From a virus (taxonomy: Duplodnaviria; Caudoviricetes), in IMG/VR virus record IMGVR_UViG_3300028591_000074, positions 128,001 through 192,000 of that record: a stretch of 64,000 bases of DNA; one strand, written 5' to 3'. Position 1 is the stretch's first letter; every line of letters begins with the position of its first letter. Positions 31,570 through 42,819 of this stretch are shown here, piece by piece. Both the position numbers and the translations under genes were made by a program. The notes under the pieces were generated by a model, which worked only from the letters and a program-made list of their open reading frames with translations, searched no databases and was not told the origin of the DNA.

Positions 31570-32037
31570 TTACTGAGAATCAGTATCTGTGTCAGAATCA
31601 GAAGTCGGCTCTGTACCATACTTCTTATCACCAACCTCGATGTAGAAACCATCCTGATACATATTCTGAGCCATCTGATTCCAATAAATCTCATCCTCAT
31701 AACCGTCAATCTCAAAAGAGATTCCAGTATTCTCAGCACCGGACTTCTTAGCCTCTGCTGCTGCAAGGATTGCACGTTCAAACTGAACGAACTTATTGGT
31801 AGCAGATGCAGATGGAAGCAGACCAGGACAATTTCCCCAACCATCAACATTAGTTGCATAGATGGACTTGCCATAGGACTCCTTATCACCTACTGCATCT
31901 TCATTAGCATAGCCCTTAGTAAATACAGGGGTATCTACATAGGAATTATTCGGATAGAAGTAACGAGCAATCTGCTCACCCTGACGAACCTCGTCAAACT
32001 TCGCACCGATGTAAATAATCTTTACTGCTACTGACAT
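31570..32037 (-). CDS. Putative structural protein
   Basis: Late-promoter motif at 32112-32126 upstream; co-transcribed with the neck gene. Confidence 0.45.
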   Translation of the reverse strand: MSVAVKIIYIGAKFDEVRQGEQIARYFYPNNSYVDTPVFTKGYANEDAVGDKESYGKSIYATNVDGWGNCPGLLPSASATNKFVQFERAILAAAEAKKSGAENTGISFEIDGYEDEIYWNQMAQNMYQDGFYIEVGDKKYGTEPTSDSDTDTDSQ

Positions 32038-32543
32038 ATTATCTCCTTTCCGCATTTCTGCGAATTGTGTTGTAATTGTATCAAGCTCTCACCCTCGTTC
32101 AATTACCTACAATTATATATAAGGTTAATGCATCAGCAGAGAATTTTATTAGTCAAATTCTGGTTCTCTTGCATATTGTGATGGAGTTAAATCAGTTTCA
32201 GATTTCCACTCTTCCCAGTCATCTTTAAGTATATATGGTAAAGTTCCACCACAATCATATGTTCCTTCATCCTCATTGATTTCGAAGTAGAAATCATTGT
32301 CCTGATTCCACCCCCAAAACGTGCAGGTATCATCATCTGCACTATCAGCGATTTCCTTAAATGCATTAAGTTTCTCTTCGAAACCATAGTAGTTGTCAAG
32401 TTCGTCCTGAACACATTCCCACATATAATCAGAAATTGCAGCATACTCGCCGTAGGACATATTATAACCTTCTTCATCTGTGTCATAAATATATCCTTCA
32501 TCAATCAAATCATAGAAAACATCTGTAAGATTTAACATAGCAA

Positions 32544-33200
32544 TCACCCCTCCATGCAATTGGATAATTTTAATTCTAAATTATCAGCCACAGATGGATC
32601 AAAGAACTTTGCTCTGGATGGATACTTCCTTGGTGCTTTTACTTTTGAAGTGGACCAACCAAGCAGATAATCCACATGATCTACTAAATTAGGCTTTGCA
32701 TTTATATAAGGTGCGGATGGACAACTCTTTTTAAGAAATGTCCGAAATACCATATCATCACCACGATTTGTCTGTTTCCACTTCTCATATCCGGCACAAT
32801 GATTAAAACTAAATGCACAACTTCTTGCTAATACATCTGGTATGCGAATACATGGAAAAGATAACCACATTTGATTCCTTTCTGTGGCAGGTGTATTATA
32901 GACAGGTTTCTTACCATCATCATATCTAGTACAGATTCCGCAAACAATACCATCAAACCAATCATAAGATTCTGCAAGTTCCCTAAAATTAGGTGCAATA
33001 ACTACATCATCCTGAAGATGCCAAGTATGTCCATCACCAGTGCATAAACTAAATGCTTTCATACAGGCATAGACACATCCAAGATGATTTATATCTAAAA
33101 ATATATTTACATCATCAATACCCTGTGCCTTTAAAGACGGAACAAGGTATTTATGCACATACCAAAGTCGTTGGTTACATGCATGAATCATTACTTTCAT
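32544..33200 (-). CDS. Glycosyltransferase-like protein
   Basis: HLQDDV DxD-like motif, DDMVF, PNLVDH. Confidence 0.65.
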   Translation of the reverse strand: MKVMIHACNQRLWYVHKYLVPSLKAQGIDDVNIFLDINHLGCVYACMKAFSLCTGDGHTWHLQDDVVIAPNFRELAESYDWFDGIVCGICTRYDDGKKPVYNTPATERNQMWLSFPCIRIPDVLARSCAFSFNHCAGYEKWKQTNRGDDMVFRTFLKKSCPSAPYINAKPNLVDHVDYLLGWSTSKVKAPRKYPSRAKFFDPSVADNLELKLSNCMEG

Positions 33201-33651
33201 ATGATAATCTTCTTTTCTGCTGGCGTATCTTTTACAATGGAAATTTTTGCTTTCATACCATCAAGCATCTTTAATGCGTCATCAGCTTGTTGCACAAGGA
33301 TATCCATATCTGAAAGTATACCTATTTTCGGAACGCCCGGGTATATAGCATCCAAGTATTGAATTACACTACTGACACCTTCAGCATAACCATCTTTATC
33401 TGGGAACATAATAGCAATCGTATCACCTTCTGATAATTCAAAGGTATCTAATGTCGCACACTCATCATCTGACAATTTCTCAAGTTTGTCTTTCACTTCC
33501 CAAGTCGAAACACATTCGTCAAGAAGTTTATTGATAACTACATCTGAATATAATCTATGCAAATATAACACCCCCAATCGTTATTATATTAGTATTCTAC
33601 CATTCAGATGTAAAATTTTCAATAATTTGCAAAATTTTTCAAGAATAGTTG

Positions 33652-33730
33652 TTGACATATATACTTATATGCTATATACTTATAAGTGTAAAGAACAGAT
33701 CAAGTATCCAAAAGGAGGGTTCTATTATGT
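33652..33730 (+). promoter_or_regulatory. Sigma-A early promoter + leader (copy 1)
   Basis: TTGACA-N17-TATACT then ATCAAGTATCCAAAAGGAGGGT, repeated at 35118-35196. Confidence 0.7.
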
Positions 33731-34583
33731 TTACACTCACAGTTGTTTGGTTAGATGGTGACAAGTCTGAATACAGATATGACAATGAGCAGGATGCTCG
33801 TAATGGTGAAAGAAATATGATTACTGCTTTCGGTAGTCAGATTTCCTGGACTGGAATCCGAAAAGAAGTTTCAGTAGCATTCTAACCAATAATAGGATTC
33901 TGCAAATTTATAAGTATTAGCAAAAAAATGGAAGGAGTAAACAAAATGAGAAGTGAAGAACAAATCAAAGAAAAACTTGCAGTACTATATGACATAGCTA
34001 AGGAAGATGACCCAACTTTGCAAAAATATGTTGAACCACCACTTATCAAAATCAAGCGTGATTCACTTAGACTAGCAATTTACGAATTGTTATGGTGTTT
34101 AGATATACTATGATAAGAAAGGAGAACGGAAATGAGATCAATTTTTGATGACTATATAACAGATGAGTGCAAAAACTGCCCATGTTGACATGATGGAAGC
34201 GACTTGAAAAGTTACGGATGCGGGACACCAACGAAAATTGATTTGTGTCCGGCATTTAAGGAAACAATGGAACTATATGAGCGAAAGGAGAGATGGATAT
34301 GAAAAAGAATTTAACATACATATACAGAAAACTTAACAAACCCATCACACAAGAATTATCTGCTGAAGAGGAATATGAAGTGTTGTCTGAAACGGAGAAA
34401 AGTTTGTATGTACTTCGTGAACAGATGTTAACAGGAAAGATACCGCTTAGTGCAAATGGAAATGAAACTTGTTATCAAGATGCTATAAGTTTTACATTAC
34501 ATTTGGCAGTACAGGACAATTTAATCACACAGGATGAAAGTGACAGACTGTATGAGAAATATATCTAAAGGAGGAATTGTAAT

Positions 34584-34835
34584 TTGGCAACATCAGAAGC
34601 ATTAAAGAAAGCTATTAGAAAATATGACAAGGAGCATACTAAGCAGATCCTACTAAAACTGAATAAGGGTACGGATGCAGATATACTACAAAAACTGGAT
34701 GAAGTCGATAATAAACAGGGATATATAAAGGGCCTGATCCGAGATGACATTAAATCCGGAACGCAGAAGCAGGATGTGAATACACATTCAGAAAATGAGG
34801 TGGTCAATGATGGGGACAAACAGGACAACATTTGA
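34584..34835 (+). CDS. Ribbon-helix-helix-like small DNA-binding protein
   Basis: KYDKEHTKQILLKLN..TDADIL..L....NKQGYIKGLIR. Confidence 0.65.
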   Translation: MATSEALKKAIRKYDKEHTKQILLKLNKGTDADILQKLDEVDNKQGYIKGLIRDDIKSGTQKQDVNTHSENEVVNDGDKQDNI

Positions 34836-35117
34836 AAAGCATTACGACTACATTACAAGAGTTGCACCTAAACTTATAGAAGCTGAACGTACTGTAGACG
34901 AGATCAAGCATTCAAAAGAATGGAAAGAAGCCTACGGATACTTCCAGACGCTATATAACCGTGGACATCTAAAAGAACGTCCTACTCAGAAAAACGGATA
35001 TAAGATAATCGCCGGACACAATATTGTAAGTATATCTGACATAGAAGATATACTTACCGAAGAACAGTTGCAGATCATCCGTGAAAGAATTTTGTAAAAA
35101 TATTTTCATTATAGGTA

Positions 35118-35196
35118 TTGACTTTTTATACATATTAGTATATACTTATACTTGTAAGGAACGAATATCAAGTATCCAAAAGGAGGGTATCAAATA
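35118..35196 (+). promoter_or_regulatory. Sigma-A early promoter + leader (copy 2)
   Basis: TTGACT...TATACT then ATCAAGTATCCAAAAGGAGGGT. Confidence 0.7.
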
Positions 35197-35882
35197 TGTG
35201 TACAGAGAATATGGATAAGATGATTGAAAAGATCAGTAACCTGCTTGATTTGGCAAACAATAATCCGAATGAACATGAAGCGTTGGCAGCTGCTCTGAAA
35301 GCACAGGAGCTTATGGCTAAATATCACATCGAACTTGCAGATTTGGATCATGATGCAGGAGTTGAAATTGTGGAAGAATCTTGTGGAGTTGATGTTTCCG
35401 GTCCATCCAAATGGAAAGTAAAGTTGGCAAATATCATTGCAGAAAACTTCTGTTGTAAGGTATACCATAGGGAAGAACGTAGCATCTTTAGTCGCACATC
35501 CAGGAACTATGTTGTATTCTACGGATATGAGCATGATGCAAAGATTGCAAAGGAAGTATTTACCTTCCTGTTCAATACCGGAATCAAATTGGCAAGACAT
35601 GAATACTACGAAGCAAAGAAAGCCGGAAAGTACACAAAATATGTAATGAATACATATCTCATGGGATTCTGTGATGGAATCGGTGAAGTTCTTGCAAAAC
35701 AGTGCACAGCACTTATGGTAGTAACTCCGAAAGAAGTAATTGACTCTTATAATGAAATGTCACAGGGATTTAAGGTACAAAAATCAAGAGTAACTATCAA
35801 TAGTGATTCTGGTGTTTATGAGCGAGGAATCCGAGATGGTAAAGATGTTGCAAATGCAAGATCAATAGAAAAAGCATGTTGA
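35196..35882 (+). CDS. DUF2786-domain protein
   Basis: KISNLLDLA..NPNEHEALAAALKAQELMAKY. Confidence 0.8.
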   Translation: MCTENMDKMIEKISNLLDLANNNPNEHEALAAALKAQELMAKYHIELADLDHDAGVEIVEESCGVDVSGPSKWKVKLANIIAENFCCKVYHREERSIFSRTSRNYVVFYGYEHDAKIAKEVFTFLFNTGIKLARHEYYEAKKAGKYTKYVMNTYLMGFCDGIGEVLAKQCTALMVVTPKEVIDSYNEMSQGFKVQKSRVTINSDSGVYERGIRDGKDVANARSIEKAC

Positions 35883-36092
35883 AAGGATGTGAATTCATAT
35901 GAATAGATATACAGTAGAATTCAAATATGCAGATATCCTGTCAGGTTGGGAATGGAGAAATCAGAGTTGTTCTGTATATGCAGATAATGAATCCGGAGCA
36001 AGAAGAGAATGCATAAAGATTTACGGACTTGGTGTAGATTGTGACTATCAGATCACAAAAGTCACGATGGAATAGAAAGGGGTGTAAATGTT

Positions 36093-36686
36093 ATGACGAA
36101 GAAAGAACTGTGTAAGATTTTTACAGATAAAGTTACAGAATATATCAGAAATGGGTATGTAATCACTCCAAATAGTTTCTCCGGGTCTGATGGGACAAGC
36201 CGTGTGGACTTGGTTAAAGATGATAGTTTCACCAGAATTTATATGGATGAAGAACCTGATTTTGATTCATATATGGATAGAATCTACATTAGGGTTGCAG
36301 AAAGAAAACTGATCGGACAAGAAAAGAAAAATATCTACAATATGGATATTATCTGGACAAGTGAACTTACAACAATCTATGAACTTAGTTTCATCGTCAT
36401 CAGTAAGTATAGGCATCCATACTACGTTACAGAGGAAGAATATGCGGAACTTAAAGATAAGATTGCGGAAAGAAATAGACGCAGATATGATAAGTATGCA
36501 TCCGCATTACGAAAGATCTATACATTCCCGGATAGTGCAAAGAAAATTGTTCTACCATTCATTCAGAGTAAACCAAAATGCAAATCCGTAAAACTGAAAG
36601 ATATTGGAAAAGTTGAAAAGTATGTATATGATGACTTCGTAACCTACAAAGTTTACTGCAAAGGTAAAACTTATACACTTCACTGA
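36093..36686 (+). CDS. Hypothetical phage protein
   Basis: ORF with RBS; GY..N..SGS.G...VDL motif. Confidence 0.55.
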   Translation: MTKKELCKIFTDKVTEYIRNGYVITPNSFSGSDGTSRVDLVKDDSFTRIYMDEEPDFDSYMDRIYIRVAERKLIGQEKKNIYNMDIIWTSELTTIYELSFIVISKYRHPYYVTEEEYAELKDKIAERNRRRYDKYASALRKIYTFPDSAKKIVLPFIQSKPKCKSVKLKDIGKVEKYVYDDFVTYKVYCKGKTYTLH

Positions 36687-36783
36687 TGTAACTTAAATTC
36701 ACTATATAAAAATAGCAAATCAATACGGAAAGAATATGTATTGGATTATGACCAAATCGAAACTACAGTAGTACTTATATAGT

Positions 36784-36823
36784 AAAATAAAACCCTTTGA
36801 AAATCTCCAAAGGGTTTTATTTT
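36784..36823. terminator. Bidirectional terminator-like hairpin
   Basis: aaaataaaaccctttg...caaagggttttatttt. Confidence 0.7.
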
Positions 36824-36894
36824 TATATTGACTGTATATTCAATACATTGTAAAATGATTGTAGTGAATAATTTAATTAGGGAGGATATTTAAT

Positions 36895-39222
36895 ATGAAT
36901 AGGGTATGTGCATTATGTGGTAACACATTTGAAACCAATAGTCCAAGACAGAAATATTGTAATGCGGATATCATAATAAATTGCATAGTATGTGGAAAGC
37001 CGATACATACGAAGTGTAATCCTAAAAGAGTTTCTGTATGTGGTAGGTCCTGTTCTGCTAAAGCATCTACTAAGAAACTATTCACCTGCGCTATCTGTGG
37101 TAGTAAATTCACACCAGCATCTTCAAGACAGAAATATTGTAAGAAACCTATAAAAAAGATATGTGCAGTTTGCGGAAACACATATGAATCATTCTGCGGA
37201 GATATTGACAGAAATACATGCGGCAAGAAGGCATGTAAAGTTGAATATACACATAAAATGTCAGTAAATCACTATTTAGCAACAAATAGGATATGTGCTA
37301 TTTGTGGAAAAGCATTTCATCCAGTAAACAACACACAAAAATATTGCAAAGTAATGCATGAAATTAACTGTGTAGTATGCGGAAAAGAATTTATAACAGA
37401 CACAAGTAAACAAGATTTTGCAAAAACATGCTCTATGGAGTGCCACTATAAATTGGCAAGTGCAAATAAATCTGAAGAAACAAAGAAAGCTGCAATTATA
37501 AAAGCACGAAAAACATACAAAGATCGTACTGGATATGATATGCCTATGCATAATCCAAAAGTGATAGAAAAGATTAAGCAGACGAATGTAGATAGATACG
37601 GTGATACTGCATTTGTTCGTACAGATGCATATATAGAAAAAGCAATACAGACAAATCGTGATAGGTATGGAACAGATTGGCCTGGACAATCCGATCAAGT
37701 AAAGGAAAAACGTAGAAACACAAATATGAAAAAATATGGTGTCGAAAACCCGGCATCTTTGGAAGTCTATATTCAAAAAGCAAGGGAAACTTATTTTAAG
37801 AAAACTGGGTATATCCACCCATCAGTTAATCCGGATGTTATTGAAAAACGAAATCAGACTAATATCAAAAAATATGGTAGTGTAGGTATTCTAAATAATC
37901 CGGATGTAAAATCAAAATACCAAAAAACTATGATTGAACACTATAATGTTACAAGTCCCCAATTATCTGAAGAAATTCGCAATAAGACTTATGAAACAAA
38001 TTTACAGAGATATGGGAATATATCGTACTTAGGTTCAAAACAAAATCAAGATTATGTCCAACATGTGATGATGGAACTCCATGGAAAGAGACGATATTCA
38101 CAGACTGCTGATTGGAAATCTGATAGGATGGCTGATCCATCGAAAGTGGATGAATGGGTGAAATTTTTAGACGATCCTAAAGGATATTTATGCAGATATG
38201 ATGAACTACCTACAATGCACAAATTGGAATTAGACTTAGGTGTTACAGAAACAACTATCGGATACTGGGTCAATTATTACAATCTTTCTGAGTATATAAA
38301 ATATACATTATCCGGTATGGAAGATGAACTTGTAGATTTCATAAAATCTGTAGATCCAACCATATATGTAAAACGGCATGAACGAAAATTGATTAGTGGA
38401 TACGAATTGGATTTATATCTACCAGACTACAAATTAGCAATCGAATGCAATCCAACTTGTACACACAATTCAAGTATGTCTGATCCTTGGGGTAGTAGTC
38501 CAAAATTACCTTCATACCACAAAAAGAAAACAGATTTATGTGAAGAACATGGTGTATTCTTATTTCACATTTTTGGCTATGAATGGAAATATAAACGGGA
38601 TATTATTAAATCAATGATTCGAGGATTACTTAGTAAATCTGAAAATAGAATTTATGCCAGAAATTGTGATATACGAAATGTATCCGCATCAGACGCAAAT
38701 AAGTTTTTAGACAAAAATCATAAGCAGGGTGCATCCGGTTCATCCATACGATTAGGATTATATTACAACAATGAACTTGTAAGCCTAATGACATTTGGAA
38801 AAATGAGGTACACAATAGGCACATCCAAAAGAGAAGATTTATCAGATTGTTGGGAGCTTATAAGATTCTGTTCAAAATTAAATACATCTGTAGTTGGTGG
38901 TGCAAGTAAATTATTCAAACATTTTATAATAAACACCAAACCTAAAAGAGTTAGATCATTTTCTGATAGGGCACATACAAAAGGTACATTATATTCAATA
39001 TTAGGATTTACAGAAATAAGAAGAAGTAAGCCATCATATGTTTGGGTAGATAGCAGAACAGATGAAAGTTACCACAGATACAATTCTCAAAAGAAAAATT
39101 TAATTAGGTTTCTGCACGATGATGCAATTGATTTAACAAAATCAGAAAAACAAATTATGGAAGAACATGGATTCCTACAGGTCTATGATTCTGGTACAAT
39201 TACATGGGAATGGAAAAAATAA
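36895..39222 (+). CDS. Hef-like homing endonuclease with CxxC Zn-finger repeats and YG repeats
   Basis: Multiple CxxCG repeats; YG repeats; ELDLYLP...AIECN PD-(D/E)xK-like core; IYARNC..FL..NH.QG...WELIRFC...GGASKL Hef-type C-terminus. Confidence 0.75.
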   Translation: MNRVCALCGNTFETNSPRQKYCNADIIINCIVCGKPIHTKCNPKRVSVCGRSCSAKASTKKLFTCAICGSKFTPASSRQKYCKKPIKKICAVCGNTYESFCGDIDRNTCGKKACKVEYTHKMSVNHYLATNRICAICGKAFHPVNNTQKYCKVMHEINCVVCGKEFITDTSKQDFAKTCSMECHYKLASANKSEETKKAAIIKARKTYKDRTGYDMPMHNPKVIEKIKQTNVDRYGDTAFVRTDAYIEKAIQTNRDRYGTDWPGQSDQVKEKRRNTNMKKYGVENPASLEVYIQKARETYFKKTGYIHPSVNPDVIEKRNQTNIKKYGSVGILNNPDVKSKYQKTMIEHYNVTSPQLSEEIRNKTYETNLQRYGNISYLGSKQNQDYVQHVMMELHGKRRYSQTADWKSDRMADPSKVDEWVKFLDDPKGYLCRYDELPTMHKLELDLGVTETTIGYWVNYYNLSEYIKYTLSGMEDELVDFIKSVDPTIYVKRHERKLISGYELDLYLPDYKLAIECNPTCTHNSSMSDPWGSSPKLPSYHKKKTDLCEEHGVFLFHIFGYEWKYKRDIIKSMIRGLLSKSENRIYARNCDIRNVSASDANKFLDKNHKQGASGSSIRLGLYYNNELVSLMTFGKMRYTIGTSKREDLSDCWELIRFCSKLNTSVVGGASKLFKHFIINTKPKRVRSFSDRAHTKGTLYSILGFTEIRRSKPSYVWVDSRTDESYHRYNSQKKNLIRFLHDDAIDLTKSEKQIMEEHGFLQVYDSGTITWEWKK

Positions 39223-39223
39223 A

Positions 39224-39262
39224 AAAATAAAGCCTTCAGATTTCTCTGAAGGCTTTATTTTT
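39224..39262. terminator. Bidirectional terminator between convergent genes
   Basis: aaaataaagccttcaga-tttc-tctgaaggctttatttt. Confidence 0.8.
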
Positions 39263-39310
39263 ATATTGAGACGAGGGTGAGAGTTTTCGTCTTATAAAAT
39301 TTGGTAGGTC

Positions 39311-40849
39311 TTAGAATACACCAAGAATCTTACCCTTTACTACAGTCGCGGGATTCACGATTTCCATAGCCATCATGCTTGCAAATCCCTGCTGTACTGA
39401 AGCATTTGCAAGTCCGATTGCATCTGTATTCGTAATCGGCATATATTCACCGAACAGACCGGAGTTTCTACGAAGGTCGTTACTCTTGCAGCACATTACC
39501 CATGTATCCGGATTGTAGTTCGGGTCGCAGTAAACTTCAAACTGATCCAGCTTACCGGACTTGAACGGACCAACATTATCAGTTGTGCTATCTGCCTGGA
39601 AGCCATTAATCTGCTTGAGGTAGGAGTTTACATTTGTACCAACAATCAGACGGTTCGGCTGAGAAAGACGAGTTGCCTGATAGATAGAAGCAGCTGCCTG
39701 ATCCAGTTTCAGCTTGAACATCTGGAGGTAATCAGACGGAACAACTGCACCTGTCAGTACCGGAGATGCATCCCAGTTGAAGTTCGGATTGTAAGTAGCA
39801 GCCTCAGCCATCTTTGCAAAACCTCTGGAGTTGATTTCTGCGGTCAGCTCTGAGAAAGCGGCATCCTTAGACATCTCAGCGATGTTTGCGCCATATTCCT
39901 GACTAGCTGCAAATGCAGAATATACAGACCAGTAGCAAGCAAGTTCATATGCTTCTGCTACAAGGTTAATCTCATCCAGCTGCAGGTAGCCCTTAGCCAT
40001 CTGTGCACCATAGTCATAACCATAACCACCGTTGCCAGGTGTTCTAGGTCCAACATTCTCGTTGTCATACTGATAAGTGATCTTTACATCATTACCAGCT
40101 GCCGGAGTAAACAGACCGGATGTGCTAACAGTACCTGTAGAGTAATCAATGTAACCAACCGGAGTTGTGGAACCTGCTACTACAATGTTACCGTTTCCAT
40201 CATCAACATAGTCAACAGTAGCTGTACCATCGAAGTACTTGATAGTTACGGACTTCGGAAGAACCGGAGTATAAACGATTGCAAGGTTGTCGGTAATCTC
40301 AGTACCTTCAGCCATAAGCTCGTTCTTTACTACACGTCCTGTGAAGTTCGGATCAAGACCCTGACGGTTTACGAACGGACTATTCAGGATATCGCCAGCC
40401 TTTGTCTCACCCTTTGTGTTCTCAGCGATGAACTTGAAGTAAGGGATCAGCTGTTGACGAGACTTCATTGCTACAGAACCATATACATCAAGTACAAGCA
40501 GCTTCTGAACGAACATAGGAAGCAGTTCGATGAAGTCGGGGCGAGCCATGATGTTAGTTGTATTTGTTGCGGCAGTTACTGCCTGAGCGGAACGTCTCAT
40601 GTTCTGCTGAAGTTGACGGGTAAACATCTTCTGCTCAGGTGTCAGACCTGCAAGTGGAGCATTAGACAGAGATGCCTTACGATTCTGAACACCAGCTGTA
40701 ATGCTTGTTCCAGCAGTAATAGGACGACGCATAGCCGGACGAGCCTGTGCTACACTCTTAAATGACGGACGAGCCTGTGCTACACCACGGGAAGCGGTAA
40801 TCTTCCGTGAAGATGGAGTAGCCCTATGGATTGTCTTTTTAATAGCCAT
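39311..40849 (-). CDS. Major capsid protein (T4 gp23-like) with basic N-terminal propeptide
   Basis: 512 aa; directly downstream of the prohead protease; ELTAEIN, VYCDPNY, GEYMP motifs; strongly biased codon usage. Confidence 0.8.
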   Translation of the reverse strand: MAIKKTIHRATPSSRKITASRGVAQARPSFKSVAQARPAMRRPITAGTSITAGVQNRKASLSNAPLAGLTPEQKMFTRQLQQNMRRSAQAVTAATNTTNIMARPDFIELLPMFVQKLLVLDVYGSVAMKSRQQLIPYFKFIAENTKGETKAGDILNSPFVNRQGLDPNFTGRVVKNELMAEGTEITDNLAIVYTPVLPKSVTIKYFDGTATVDYVDDGNGNIVVAGSTTPVGYIDYSTGTVSTSGLFTPAAGNDVKITYQYDNENVGPRTPGNGGYGYDYGAQMAKGYLQLDEINLVAEAYELACYWSVYSAFAASQEYGANIAEMSKDAAFSELTAEINSRGFAKMAEAATYNPNFNWDASPVLTGAVVPSDYLQMFKLKLDQAAASIYQATRLSQPNRLIVGTNVNSYLKQINGFQADSTTDNVGPFKSGKLDQFEVYCDPNYNPDTWVMCCKSNDLRRNSGLFGEYMPITNTDAIGLANASVQQGFASMMAMEIVNPATVVKGKILGVF

Positions 40850-40896
40850 AATTCTATTGTCTCCTTTGATAAATATTTTATAAATCTCGACTGATT

Positions 40897-42420
40897 TTAC
40901 AATGTAACGAGGTCTCCATCAGTACCATCATCGATAAAGTCAATATCAGCAAGTTCAGTTGCCTGAATTGCTGTCTGATTTGTACCTAATTGGGTATTCC
41001 CAATGATGGTCTGTAATTCTTTTACTGATGTAGATGCAGTCACACGCACATCTTCGAGGTGGACGCCAATTGCGTTTGCATATAAATTAGCATACGCATC
41101 CTGATATTCTTGTATCAGTTTAGTTGCCGCCGACACCTCTTGTTTAAGTTTCTGAATCTTTGCATCCAGGTTAGATGTCCGATTTTCCGCATCCGTAGCT
41201 GCCATGACGGTTTCATGTAACTCGGAACGAAGATCGGAAATGACAGAATCTTTTTCAGTAATGTCATTAGCGGTGGCTTCAATCCTCTGCTTATATATAA
41301 GGTTAGAACTTGTGAGCGATTTATTTTCTGATTTCAAACGCTCGTTTGCAAGAATCAATTGCTTGTTCTTATCAGAAAGTTTTAAAGATTCGCTCTTTAA
41401 TCTGTCACTGGATGCCTTAATTGTTTGATAACGCATCTTGGACTTCTTAAGTTCCTCCTTCATAGAATCCATCTGAGAAGCAGTGATTCGTTCCATAGTT
41501 TTCATCTTTCTTCCAGATGCGGATTCCATAATAGCAATATGATTATTTAATGTAGAAACTTCTGAAGTAAGGGAAGCATTGATTTTCTGTAATTCTGCAA
41601 TCTTACTTCTGGAAGATGCATGAAGTTTCTTGTATCTATCTTTTGTACGCATAAGATCATTCTTTGTATCCAGATAAAGTTGTGTCATACCATCAACTCT
41701 TTGATCACGAATATCTACTTCTTCGCAATCTTCACAATCTTCAGTAGATTCAATCTTGTTGCACTCACGAATCTGATTCTTCTTATCTTCAATCATCTGA
41801 TATTCTTCAGATTGCTTTGCAAACTGTGCCTGAATTACATCAAGTGCTTCTGCGGAAGTAATAGAATCAAGATTTGTACGAACTGCGGCACATACTGCCT
41901 TATACTTCTTTTGAGTTTCAATGTCTGTAGATGCAGCAATTGCAGTAAACTCCGGTATAGATTCTGGATATGCAGGGAATGCTACAAGGTCAAATCCACG
42001 GAATACAAATGTATCCGGATCAACGGAATTGTTATAGATGTCACCTGCACCACGTACAGAGATACCAAACTTTACTCCGGCATCAATAAACTTCTTTACG
42101 ATTTGACCAACGGGTGTATCAATCAGATTGAATTTACCATAGATTTTTCCATCATCTTCTAGGTGTCCTTCGGTCATTACGATACATCCATTGCGGAAAT
42201 CCATGCAATTCGGATCTTTGGGATGTCCACAGAATCCAATGTACCACCCATTTGCAATTCCTTCAGCATATTCTTCAGATGCAAAGACAGTTTCCCAAAC
42301 TTCCCGTGTAATATCCAATCCATTCTTATTGGTGATATTTGCATCTGCGCATTCACCATCAAATGTTCCAATAATTACCGGGGAATTTACATCTGTTGCT
42401 TTAATAGTTGACTTCAACAT
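40897..42420 (-). CDS. Prohead protease (T4 gp21-like) with C-terminal coiled-coil scaffold region
   Basis: NKNG, GHP, DTPVGQI, GISVRGAG, FDLVAFPA. Confidence 0.88.
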   Translation of the reverse strand: MLKSTIKATDVNSPVIIGTFDGECADANITNKNGLDITREVWETVFASEEYAEGIANGWYIGFCGHPKDPNCMDFRNGCIVMTEGHLEDDGKIYGKFNLIDTPVGQIVKKFIDAGVKFGISVRGAGDIYNNSVDPDTFVFRGFDLVAFPAYPESIPEFTAIAASTDIETQKKYKAVCAAVRTNLDSITSAEALDVIQAQFAKQSEEYQMIEDKKNQIRECNKIESTEDCEDCEEVDIRDQRVDGMTQLYLDTKNDLMRTKDRYKKLHASSRSKIAELQKINASLTSEVSTLNNHIAIMESASGRKMKTMERITASQMDSMKEELKKSKMRYQTIKASSDRLKSESLKLSDKNKQLILANERLKSENKSLTSSNLIYKQRIEATANDITEKDSVISDLRSELHETVMAATDAENRTSNLDAKIQKLKQEVSAATKLIQEYQDAYANLYANAIGVHLEDVRVTASTSVKELQTIIGNTQLGTNQTAIQATELADIDFIDDGTDGDLVTL

Positions 42421-42447
42421 ACTATCTCCTTTCGAACATACATTCGT

Positions 42448-42819
42448 CTATAGTAGTTTCTTTGCTGCCCCAGCAGAAAGACGAACTAAACCGCCGACAA
42501 GTAATGTCTTTGCAATCTCCTTGATAATTCCAGATTCCACAGGTTCTTCCCCATCACCCGGAAGGATAACATCTACGGAATCATCTAAATTATCATATGC
42601 TTCAAAATTTGTATCTTCTACTTGTTCGACAGTATGTTCATCTACTGGAACATCTGTTGCATTATTGGTTTCTATTATATACAAAGAATCTCCTACATTC
42701 AATTGGATCTTGTTATCAATTGTTTCGGAAATACCAACATCTAAATCCTGTAGTTCTTCTATTTTCGATAAAAGATCGATGAGTGATGCAGGAGTAAATA
42801 CAATACTGTCCATAAACAT
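42448..42819 (-). CDS. Acidic head-region protein
   Basis: Upstream of the protease gene under a late motif; EPVESG motif. Confidence 0.5.
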   Translation of the reverse strand: MFMDSIVFTPASLIDLLSKIEELQDLDVGISETIDNKIQLNVGDSLYIIETNNATDVPVDEHTVEQVEDTNFEAYDNLDDSVDVILPGDGEEPVESGIIKEIAKTLLVGGLVRLSAGAAKKLL

